DNA of 64,000 nt, from contig CAVWKE010000003.1 in assembly GCA_963755555.1 (NCBI GenBank), forward strand, positions 53,357 to 117,356, in the 5' to 3' direction. The DNA is from Vulcanimicrobiota bacterium (GTDB taxonomy: Bacteria; Vulcanimicrobiota; Vulcanimicrobiia; Vulcanimicrobiales; Vulcanimicrobiaceae). Under the pieces are notes generated by a model. That model made no database searches. It saw nothing but the letters and a program-made list of their open reading frames with translations, and was not told the DNA's origin. Shown piece by piece: positions 9,846-18,600 of this stretch (the first letter of the stretch is position 1; every line of letters starts with the position of its first letter). A program made the translations under genes and the position numbers.

Positions 9846-10736
9846 ATGCAAGTTGGAGCAGCAATCTTCGATCTCGTGCTGGCCGCCGGGGCGGACGTTC
9901 TGTTCGTCGTCGGGACCGGTAAGAACGTTGGTAAGACCGTAACGGCGCGAGCGGTCTACGAGGCGGCCTACCGTCGCGGCGTGCGGGTTGGGATGATGTC
10001 GGTCGGCCGCGACGGCGAAGCGGTCGATGCGGTCGACGCGCGTCCCAAGCCGAGACTCTTTCTGCGTCCCGGCACGTTCGTCGCAACCGCGCGCGACGCA
10101 TTGCCGCGTTCGCCTGCCTCGGCGATGCTCGCGACCTCGTCGCTAGCAACGGCAGCCGGGCCGGTTGCGTACGTTCGGGTCGAGGGAGCCGCCGATTACG
10201 AACTCATCGGTCCGCCGACGGCTTCGGGCGTGCGCGAAGCCGTCGAGTTCTTGCGCGCTCGTTGCGAGGTGACGATCGTCGACGGAGCGATCGACCGGGT
10301 GGCCGCGCTCGCCGGCGGCGTGGGTGCGGTCGTGATTGCGGGCGGCGCATCCGCCGCCGGAACGATGCTCGAAGCGGTCGACGGCGTGCGCGCGCTGGTG
10401 CGGCGGCTCTCGGTCGGGCAATTCGACCCGCGCGCGGCCGCCGTGCGCGTCAACGGCGCGTTGACGGCGTCGCGCGCGGCGCAGCTGATCGCGCAGCGGG
10501 AGAGCCGGCAGATCGTCGTTGGGGATCCGACGCAGATCGCCCTGAGCGGCAAAGCGGCGTTGCACGTCTTCGATCGGCTGCATATCCGCTGCGAGCGGCC
10601 CGTCCATCCCGTAGCCGTCACGGTAGCGGCAATCGGTGCCGAACGCACCTTCGATCCACGCGCGTTTGCGAGCGCCGTTGCAGACGCGACGCAGTTGCCG
10701 ACCTTCGACGTGTTCGCGGGGTCGCGCGCGGCATGA
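9846..10736 (+). CDS. BioD/CobQ-like (SIMIBI-class) P-loop protein of unknown function
   Basis: N-terminal LFVVGTGKNVGKTVTARAV matches the GTxxxVGKT phosphate loop typical of dethiobiotin-synthetase/CbiA-like ATPases. The stop overlaps the next start (ATGA at 10733-10736). Confidence 0.55.
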   Translation: MQVGAAIFDLVLAAGADVLFVVGTGKNVGKTVTARAVYEAAYRRGVRVGMMSVGRDGEAVDAVDARPKPRLFLRPGTFVATARDALPRSPASAMLATSSLATAAGPVAYVRVEGAADYELIGPPTASGVREAVEFLRARCEVTIVDGAIDRVAALAGGVGAVVIAGGASAAGTMLEAVDGVRALVRRLSVGQFDPRAAAVRVNGALTASRAAQLIAQRESRQIVVGDPTQIALSGKAALHVFDRLHIRCERPVHPVAVTVAAIGAERTFDPRAFASAVADATQLPTFDVFAGSRAA

Positions 10737-12348
10737 AGGCGGCGCCGCTCTGCGACGGTCCGACCGCACAGGCGCTCGCGTTCGAGTGGCTGGTTGAGGC
10801 CGTTCGCCCCGCGAGTTCGTACGGCGAGCGCGTCTTTTCCGGCATGCGGCCGTTCGCGCCCGGGCAAGAATCGGTGGCGACGGCGCGCGCGCGCACCGTC
10901 GCCGAAGTTGCAACCGCCGCAGAAGAGGCCGCCTTAGACGCAGCTTCCGCCGCGCTGCGCGGCGTGCCCGACGTGTCGGGTGCGATCGCGCGGGCGGCGA
11001 TGGACGACGTGCTCGGGGACGCAGATTTCCTCGAGCTGCTCCGATTCGGCGACGCCGTCGAACTCGTCGACGCGCTCATGGCGAGCGTACCGGGCGTGGC
11101 GCACGTCGGCGGCGAACCGGTGCGCGCGATGCGGGCGGCGCTGGAGCCCGGGCGCAGCGGAAAATTCGGCTTCTATTTGGCCGATGCGTACGCCGGCGAA
11201 CTGAGCGCGGCACGTGCGGAGCTGCTGCGCTGCAGACGGAATTCGACGCCGCTCGCGAACGCCGGATGCGAGACGTCGCCCGGCAGTTGGACCGCGACGA
11301 CGTTACCGACGAGTTTGTGATCCTGCGCGGCGAAGGGCGCGAACCGTTGCCGGCCGGAATTCGCGTGCTGCGCGAGGCACCGACGTATCTGCTTTGCATC
11401 GTGGAGTTCGAGCCTGCAACCCTGGCCGTGCTAGCGCAACGAGACGCTGCGGCGGATGCGGTTGCCTCGGCAGAAGAACGGGTCCGCGCGGCGCTTTCGA
11501 CGGTGGTGCGCGATCTCGCCGCGGAACTCGACGCGTCGGCATCCGCACTCGGCGAACTCGACGTGCTGGTCGCCGCGGCTCGTTTTGCGCGGCGTCATCG
11601 CTGCCACGCACCCGAGATCGTCGCCGAGCCGGTTCTCGCGTTCGAGCGCGGGCGTTTTCTTCCGCTTGCGACCGAGCTCGCGTCCGAAGACCGCGACTTC
11701 GTGCCGATCGACATCGATTTGCACGACACCGCCGTCCTGACCGGTCCGAACATGGGCGGCAAGAGCGTTTGCCTGCGCACTTGTGGTTTCATCGCGATGT
11801 GTGCGGCGTTCGGGTTGCCGGTACCCGCCGATCGCGCGCGCACGAGTCTCTTCGACGAAATTGCTTGGCTCGGAATCGGGAGCGACGACGAGCGGCTCGG
11901 CGATCTGCTTTCGTCGTTCGCTAAAGAGGTCGTCCGGGTTCGCGACGTGCTCGGGCGCGGTGCGCAACGGCTTCTCGTTCTGATCGACGAATTTGCGCGC
12001 ACGACGACGCCGCCGGAAGCAAAGGCGCTCCTGGTCGCGCTCTTGGAGCACTTGCGCGCGCGCGGCGCGCGAGGTTTGGCCGCCACCCACCTGAGCGGCA
12101 TCGCCGCAGCGGCCGGCGTCCGCCACTTCGCGGTTCGCGGCCTGCGCGGGATTGCGGTGCCGCCGGCGGCGCACGATCTGCACGCCGCGCTCGCGTCCTT
12201 GGCACGGTCGATGGACTATTCGATTGCCGAAGTCCGCGACGAACACCCCGCCAGCGCCGACGCGCTGGCGCTGGCAGCCCTTCTCGGACTGGATCCGGAA
12301 CTCGTCGCCGCCGCCTACGGCCACCTCAAGGCGCAGACGGCAGAGTAG
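10733..12348 (+). CDS. MutS-family ATPase (core plus domain V only; no mismatch-binding or Smr domain), with the reading frame interrupted near 11230
   Basis: Walker A TGPNMGGKSVCLRT, Walker B LLVLIDEFARTTTP, and ATHL. The N-terminal 10733..11320 and the C-terminal 11266..12348 lie in frames differing by -1. Joining them at about 11230 gives the continuous sequence ...SAARAELLR/LQTEFDAARERRMRDVARQL. Confidence 0.7.
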
Positions 12349-12377
12349 CGCGCCGCGGGGCGTAGAAGAGCGTACGC

Positions 12378-13202
12378 ATGCAGCCGCTGATCATTACGTG
12401 CGCCCCAGTGGGTGCCGAAATCACCCTCGAACAGACGCCCTACTTGCCGCACACGCCCGCGCTGCTCGGACAGACGGCGGCGGCCGTCCGCGAGGCGGGC
12501 GGTTCGATCCTCCACGTGCACTGCCGGAACGACGACGGCACGAACACGCACGCCGTCGAGCGGTTCCGCGACGCGTACGAGGCGATTCGCACGCAAAGCG
12601 ACGTCATCGTGCAGTTCTCGACCGGCGGCGCGATCGGAATGACGCCGGAGGAGCGCTCGAACGTGCTGCAGCTGCGGCCGGAAATGGCGACGCTGACGTG
12701 CGGAAGCGTGAACTTCGGCGACGACATCTTCGAGAACAGCTTCCCGATCATGCGGGCGATCCTGCACCGGATGAACGAGTTCGGCGTACGCCCGGAGTTG
12801 GAGATTTTCGATAAGGGTCACCTGGCAAACGCGCGCCGGCTCGTGCGCGAAGGGCGTTTGACCCTTCCGCAGCACGTCGATCTCGTGCTCGGCGTACCCG
12901 GCGGTTTGGAAGCGACCGTCGCGAATTTGTGCGACCTGGTAGCCGATCTGCCGGCGGGCTGCACCTGGTCGGTCGCCGGCATCGGTCGTGGACAGCTTCC
13001 GATGGCCTTGGCCGCCATCGCCATGGGCGGTCACGTGCGCGTCGGCCTCGAGGACAACCTCTACTACAGCAAAGGCCGGCTGGCACGCAACGAGGAGTTG
13101 GTCGCGCGCGTCGCGCGGATCGCCCGGGAAGCGGGACGCGAGATCGCAACGCCCGACCAGGCGCGAACGATTCTCGGCCTGCCGAGCCGGACGGCAGCAT
13201 AA
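12378..13202 (+). CDS. Beta-keto acid cleavage enzyme family (BKACE/DUF849; 3-keto-5-aminohexanoate cleavage enzyme-like)
   Basis: LIITCAPVGAE, HVHCR (HxH metal site), QFSTGGA, PEMATLTCGSVNFG and MGGHVRVGLEDN are hallmark BKACE blocks. 274 aa. Confidence 0.85.
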   Translation: MQPLIITCAPVGAEITLEQTPYLPHTPALLGQTAAAVREAGGSILHVHCRNDDGTNTHAVERFRDAYEAIRTQSDVIVQFSTGGAIGMTPEERSNVLQLRPEMATLTCGSVNFGDDIFENSFPIMRAILHRMNEFGVRPELEIFDKGHLANARRLVREGRLTLPQHVDLVLGVPGGLEATVANLCDLVADLPAGCTWSVAGIGRGQLPMALAAIAMGGHVRVGLEDNLYYSKGRLARNEELVARVARIAREAGREIATPDQARTILGLPSRTAA

Positions 13203-13306
13203 GGCGGGAGGCATTTTTACACCGGCTGCCAACAGGACCTTGCCGCAGTGGGGAGGGTCGGCGAGCTGCTTTGCGACGGAGGAGTTCTTAGCTGCTAACG
13301 TATGTA

Positions 13307-14266
13307 GTGCGACGGACGCTGCAGTCGATTCCGCTGCTGCTGCTGATCTCGATCATCCTGTACGCGATCCTCTACAACATGCCGGGCGGCCCGCTCGCGC
13401 CCTACCTTTCGAACCCCCACATTACGCCCGCCGACATCGCCCGCCTCAAGCACAACTTGGGGATGGACCAGCCGGTTCCGATTCAATACGTGAAATGGCT
13501 GGGGCACGTCCTGACGGGCGACATGGGATATTCCACCAGCAATTCCGAGCCGGTCTTTCAGGCTATCGTCGAGCGAATTCCGGCGACGCTCGAGCTGATG
13601 CTCACCTCGTTCGTCGTGTCGGTGGCCATCGGGATCGCTGCGGGAATCATATCGGCGGTGTACCGGTATTCCGTCGTCGACTATTCGATCACGACGCTGG
13701 CGTTTTTCGGCCAGTCGATGCCGGTGTTCTGGTTCGCACTGATGATGCAGCTGGCGTTCGCGGTGCACGGGATTCCGCTGCCGTTCGGCTATCAGATCCA
13801 GCTGCCGTCGGCCGGAATTTCGACCTCCGACACGTTCGACTTGGGGGATCGGTTGGCGCACTTGGTGCTGCCGACGATCGTGCTCTCACTCCTGTCGCTC
13901 GCATTGTACAGCCGGTTCATGCGCTCGTCCCTGCTCGAAGTGCTCGGCACCGACTACATCCGTACGGCGGCCGCCAAAGGGCTGAACTTCCGCACGATTC
14001 TGTTCAAACACGGCCTCAAGAACGCGCTGATTCCGGTCGTGACCGTACTCGCGCTGTCGCTGCCCGGAGTGCTGGCCGGCGCGATTATCACCGAAACGAT
14101 TTTCGCATGGCCCGGGACGGGGCGCCTGTTCATCAACGCGTTGCTGCAGAGCGATATCGCCCTGCTGATGGGCTACCTGATCATGGTTGCGTTCCTCGTC
14201 GTCTTCTCGAACTTACTCGCAGACGTGGTTTACGCGTGGCTCGATCCGCGCGTGAAGTACGACTGA
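13307..14266 (+). CDS. ABC peptide/nickel-type transporter permease (DppB/OppB-like)
   Basis: VRRTLQSIPLLLLISIILYAI start. The loop YIRTAAAKGL...ILFKHGLKNALIPVVT is typical. GTG start at 13307; the frame opens at 13292. Confidence 0.85.
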   Translation: MRRTLQSIPLLLLISIILYAILYNMPGGPLAPYLSNPHITPADIARLKHNLGMDQPVPIQYVKWLGHVLTGDMGYSTSNSEPVFQAIVERIPATLELMLTSFVVSVAIGIAAGIISAVYRYSVVDYSITTLAFFGQSMPVFWFALMMQLAFAVHGIPLPFGYQIQLPSAGISTSDTFDLGDRLAHLVLPTIVLSLLSLALYSRFMRSSLLEVLGTDYIRTAAAKGLNFRTILFKHGLKNALIPVVTVLALSLPGVLAGAIITETIFAWPGTGRLFINALLQSDIALLMGYLIMVAFLVVFSNLLADVVYAWLDPRVKYD

Positions 14267-14290
14267 CGGACTGCGGGATTTCGTAGGAAT

Positions 14291-15226
14291 ATGGCTGCCG
14301 CGCTTCCGGTCCCGTCCGCCGCAATCGACGACGACCTAGAAATCACGCGCGTCACGTTTTGGAAACGCCTCAGCCGGCACAAACTGGCGGTCGCCGGATT
14401 GGTCGTGCTGCTGCTGATGGTCTCGGCGGCGATTTTCGCCGGGCAGCTGGCGCCGCTCGACCCGAATGCCATCGACAACGTCCACTGGCAAGGCACCCCG
14501 CTGCCGCCGTGCTTCCAAGATGCCTCTCAGTGCGGTGGCCACCTGCTGGGAACCGACGAAGTCGGGCGCGACATGCTCTCGCGGCTGCTCTTTGGCGCGC
14601 GGATCTCGCTGATGGTCGGGCTGTTCGCCGTTTTGATGGAAGTCGTGATCGGTTCCGCGCTCGGGGCGATTGCCGGCTACTACGGCGGCTGGATCGATTG
14701 GGCCATCATGCGGGTGACCGACGTCTTTCTCTCGATTCCGCTCTTGCCGCTGCTGCTGGTGCTCACGGCGATCGTCGCCGCCAGTTCGTCCAAGGCGGCG
14801 TTGAACTTCGGAGCGATCGTGATCATCATCGGGGGACTCTCCTGGATGGGGGTCGCTCGCCTGGTGCGCGCGTCGTTCCTCAGCCTGCGGGAGCGGGAGT
14901 TCGCCGAGGCGGCCCGGGCGATCGGCAACAACGACTTCCGGATCATCTTCCGGCACCTGCTGCCCAACGCGGTGGCGCCGATCGTCGTCCAGGCTACCCT
15001 CGACGTGGCCGGCGTGATCGTGCTGGAATCGACCCTCTCGTTTCTGGGGATGGGCATCCAGCCGCCTACGGCGTCGTGGGGCAACATGCTTTCGAACGCG
15101 CAGGCGAACCTTCAGATCGCGTGGTGGGCGGCGGTTTTCCCCGGCCTGTGCATTCTGGTAACGGTGCTGGCCATCAATTACATGGGCGACGGGCTGCGGG
15201 ACGCGCTTGACCCGAACATGCAGTAG
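14291..15226 (+). CDS. ABC peptide/nickel-type transporter permease (DppC/OppC-like)
   Basis: LGTDEVGRDMLSRLLFGARISL and FAEAARAIGNNDFRIIFRHLLPN are typical OppC blocks. Confidence 0.85.
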   Translation: MAAALPVPSAAIDDDLEITRVTFWKRLSRHKLAVAGLVVLLLMVSAAIFAGQLAPLDPNAIDNVHWQGTPLPPCFQDASQCGGHLLGTDEVGRDMLSRLLFGARISLMVGLFAVLMEVVIGSALGAIAGYYGGWIDWAIMRVTDVFLSIPLLPLLLVLTAIVAASSSKAALNFGAIVIIIGGLSWMGVARLVRASFLSLREREFAEAARAIGNNDFRIIFRHLLPNAVAPIVVQATLDVAGVIVLESTLSFLGMGIQPPTASWGNMLSNAQANLQIAWWAAVFPGLCILVTVLAINYMGDGLRDALDPNMQ

Positions 15227-15262
15227 GGGCTAGACTACCGAAGTTCGTTTCGGTCCTGGCGG

Positions 15263-15346
15263 GCGCAAGTGGCGGAATTGGTAGACGCACTAGCTTGAGG
15301 GGCTAGCGGGAGCAATCTCGTGCAGGTTCAAGTCCTGTCTTGCGCA
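15263..15346 (+). tRNA. tRNA-Leu (anticodon GAG), class II with a long variable arm, CCA not encoded
   Basis: Cloverleaf folded by hand. The 7-bp acceptor pairs GCGCAAG with CTTGCGC, plus discriminator A. D arm GGCGGAATTGGTAGACGC. Anticodon stem CTAGC/GCTAG with loop TTGAGGG. T arm GCAGG-TTCAAGT-CCTGT. Confidence 0.9.
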
Positions 15347-15375
15347 TTAAGGCTTCAGCACGAGATTGCTCCCGC
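15306..15375. repeat. 18-bp perfect inverted repeat pairing the tRNA-Leu variable-arm region with sequence just downstream of the tRNA
   Basis: GCGGGAGCAATCTCGTGC (15306-15323) is the exact reverse complement of GCACGAGATTGCTCCCGC (15358-15375). Confidence 0.85.
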
Positions 15376-15446
15376 AGCGCAGCGCGAAGCGCGGAGCGGT
15401 CTTCAGACGGTTGGGGGTCCCCGGGCGCCGCAGGCGGCTGGGGAAT

Positions 15447-15487
15447 GCAATCTCGTGCAGGTTCAAGTCCTGTCTTGCGCATTAAGG
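15447..15487 (+). repeat. Exact 41-bp direct repeat of the tRNA-Leu 3' part (copy of 15312-15352)
   Basis: GCAATCTCGTGCAGGTTCAAGTCCTGTCTTGCGCATTAAGG occurs at 15312-15352 and again at 15447-15487. The first copy covers the last 35 nt of the tRNA plus 6 nt downstream. Both copies are followed by GCACGAG and later by AGCGCGAAG, which suggests a degenerate tandem unit of about 135 bp. Confidence 0.9.
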
Positions 15488-15497
15488 TTTGGCACGA

Positions 15498-15517
15498 GGT
15501 TCCTTTTGGTTCCTTTT
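15498..15517 (+). repeat. Tandem 2 x 10 bp repeat GGTTCCTTTT
   Basis: GGTTCCTTTT occurs at 15498-15507 and 15508-15517, immediately after the second tRNA-fragment copy. Confidence 0.8.
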
Positions 15518-15692
15518 TGACCGCCGGAGCGCGAAGGGCGTGCTAGGCTGAACGGGCGGCCGCGGCGGCGAGTGCCGTTTCGCGGGCACGCCTCGAAGGT
15601 AGCGATGCGCCAATCTCCGATTTCTCTGAAACAGTGGCCCGGCGCCCCGCGTAAAGCTAGTAGCATCGTGCCGAGCTAGAGGTTCTATCGAC

Positions 15693-18600
15693 GTGTGGCT
15701 GACCCGCTTTTCCATTAGCCGACCCGTAATCACCGCGATGGTCTTCATCGCGCTGGCGATCTTTGGAACGATCGCTTTTTCGAAAATTGGCCGCAGCAAC
15801 GATCCGCCGGGGACGGCGTTCCCGATCGTCATCGTCTTTGCGAACTACCCCGGCGCGTCGCCCCAAGAAATGGAGCGGCTGATCGTCAAGCCGATCGAAG
15901 ATCAGCTTGCCAACATCGACAACCTCGACCAGTTGACCGCGACCGCGCAAGAAGGTTCGGCGTCGATCGGCGTTCAGTTCAAGCTGGGCACCGATCTGAA
16001 CATCGCCGCGATCAACGTCCAGAGCGCCGTGGACACGGCGCGCGTCTACCTGCCGACCGACCTCGACCCCCCGTCGGTAGAGAAGAACGGCGCTTCGGAA
16101 CCCCTGCTCGACATTGCGGTCAGTTCCAAGACCCTGTCGCAGACGGCGCTCGCCGACTTGGTCACGAACCGCGTCGAACCGTTGCTCAAGGCAATCCCGA
16201 ACGTCCAAACCGTCGACGTGTACGGGGCTTCCGATCGCGAATTCCACGTCGAGCCGATTCCGGCGAAACTGCTCGGCAGCGGAGCGACGCTGCGCGACAT
16301 CTTTGCCGCCGTGGCCGCCAATAACGCCAACCTTCCGGGCGGCATTCTGCGCGAGCCGACGCAGGAAACCAGCGTTTCGGTTCATGCCGAGATCAACAAC
16401 GCGCAGGACCTGCTCAACATCCCGCTCCCGGTGCCCGGCATGTCGAGCCGTGCGATGAAAATCGGCGACGTTGCCGGAGCGTCCGATTCGCACGTCGAGC
16501 CGACGTCGATCTCGCACTACAACGGTCTTCCGCGACTGTACGTGAGCCTAAGCCGGAACATCAATGCCGACGAAATCAAGTCGACCCAAATTGCGCGCGA
16601 ACGCGTCAAACAAATTGAGGGACAGTTCTCCGAACTGACCTTCAACGAGATCGACGCCCCGGCCGACTATACCCAGCGGTCTCTCAACGGCGTCTGGCAA
16701 TCGCTCTTCGAGGGCATCCTCTTGACGATGATCGTCATGATGCTGTTCCTGCACCTGTGGCGCAATGCCGTCGTCGTGATGATCTCGATCCCGACCTCGA
16801 TTCTTTCGACGTTCGTTCTGATGAATGCGTTCGGGTTCCATCTCGATTCGATGTCGCTGATGGGACTGTCGCTGATCATTGGAATCTTGGTCGACGACTC
16901 GATCGTCGTGCTCGAAAACATCACCCGGCATCGAGATTTGGGCGAAGATCCGATCGACGCGGCGATCAACGGCCGCAGCGAGATCGGAGGCGCGGCCGTC
17001 GCCATCACGATGGTCGACGTCGTGGTCTTCCTGCCGATTGCGTTCTTGCCCGGCATCGTCGGAATGTACCTCAAAGAGTTCGGGGCGGTGATCGTCATCG
17101 CCACGCTCTTTTCGCTGCTGGTTTCCTTCACGCTCACGCCGCTGCTGGCGGCGAAGTGGAGCGTTCGCGAACGTTCCCCCGGCCGTCCGAAATGGCTGGA
17201 CGCGATTCGCTCTTGGAAGTTTACGGCCGGAATGCTCGCCGGTGCGGTGGCGGCGTACTTCATTCCTTGGAAGGTGGTTGGATTCCCCAAAGAGTTCAGC
17301 CTGGTCATCCCGGTGATGATCGTCGCCGTGCTGATCCTCAACGTTTTCGTACAGAATTACGATCGCATCCTCACGTGGTACAAAACGCGGGCGCTCACGT
17401 TCGCGCTCGAGCACGGCCTGTTCGTCGTATTCGTTTGCGCGGTGCTCGTGATCAACTCGTTGACGCTGGCGGCGGGTGCCGGCGTGGCGACGCTCCTCGT
17501 CAACGTGATCTTCTTGGTGCTCGCCGCCGTCTGGCATCTGCTCGGCATGCTCGTGCGCAAGACCATCGCGCGCAAGCGGCTAGCTCTGCAATGGTCGCGG
17601 TCGCCGCGTTCGAGCCGCCTAGGGGAGCGCGCTTGGACCTGGATCGCCGACGCGATTACCAACGGAGCACGCCTCCTGTGTCAGTGGTTCTACGCGACGG
17701 GGCGCAGCCGGCGGTTGACGGCGATCACGTTCGCCATCCCGCTAGCGCTCGGCGGCCTGCTGTTCCTGCTTGGCCCGATCGATTTCGATTTCGTTCCGGC
17801 CGTCCAGGACGGTTCGATCTCGATGACGGTAACGTATCCGCCCGGTACGCCGCTGATGGTGACCGAGAAATACGTCAGCCAGCTCGAGAACGCCATTCTG
17901 AAGGTCGACGGGCTGCAGTCGGTCAGCTCGACCGTCGGACGTAAGCCCGAAGGCTGGGGTACGGCGATCGGCGACAACTACGCACGTTTGAACGCGCAGA
18001 CCGTGCCCGAACGCACGAAGGATACCTATAAGATCATCGACGAGATTCGCAAGCTCAAGTACCTCGTGCCGGGCGGTGAATTTCAAGTCGCCGGCGAGAG
18101 CGGCGGCGGTTCGGGCACTCCGATTTTCTACTCGCTCTCGGGTCCCGAAGACGCTATCGGTCCGGCCGCCGACAAGGTCGCGCAATTCCTGCGGGATACG
18201 CCCGGCAGCGTCAACGTCCAAACGAGCAACGAGCTGGCGGCGCCGCGCCTCAACGTCAACGTCGACGCGACGCGGGCCGAAGTGCTGGGCGTGGCGCCGG
18301 CGGATGCGGCCGCCGTCGCGCGCTTCGCGGTCGACGGTGCGGTCGCCACGAAGGTCCGGACCGACAACGGGTTGGTGGACGTGCGCGTGCAGTTCCCGCT
18401 AGCCAACCGCTCGACGGTCGACGACCTGAAGGCCGTGCGCGTGCGGGCGGCGGACGGTACGATCGTTCCTTTGGCCGACATCGCCGACTTCGTCTGGACC
18501 AAAGCGCCGGTGCAAATTCAGCGCCTCAACCGGCAGCGCGTCGTTAACGTCTACGGCGGGGTACTGCCCGGATACTCGCTCGGCGCCGTCACGGGACCGC

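Noticed and set aside
10733-12348. MutS-like gene as a mismatch-repair (mutS) or MutS2 gene
   Set aside because: I see no N-terminal mismatch-binding domain (no GxFYE-type motif) and no C-terminal Smr domain. The size (about 538 aa after frame repair) and the context argue for a MutS-paralog ATPase, so no mutS or mutS2 symbol was assigned.
15376-15446. Possible tRNA-Sec-like gene: a CTTCAGA loop containing TCA, followed by a GC-rich arm (GTTGGGGGTCCCCGGGCGCC) and the duplicated T-arm/acceptor fragment
   Set aside because: The bases flanking the putative anticodon loop do not pair (…GCGGT / CGGTT…). No D-arm or complementary 5' acceptor strand exists (GCGCGAAG carries an extra base). The 3' half is simply the copy of tRNA-Leu.
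15312-15487. Possible CRISPR-like repeat
   Set aside because: There are only two copies. The repeat is the 3' end of a tRNA gene. No cas genes are present and there is no regular repeat-spacer periodicity.
15227-15692. Integrated mobile element or prophage at the tRNA-Leu
   Set aside because: No integrase, excisionase, transposase or phage-like ORF lies on either side. The repeats are only 135 bp apart. It is reported as a scar or duplication rather than as a mobile element.
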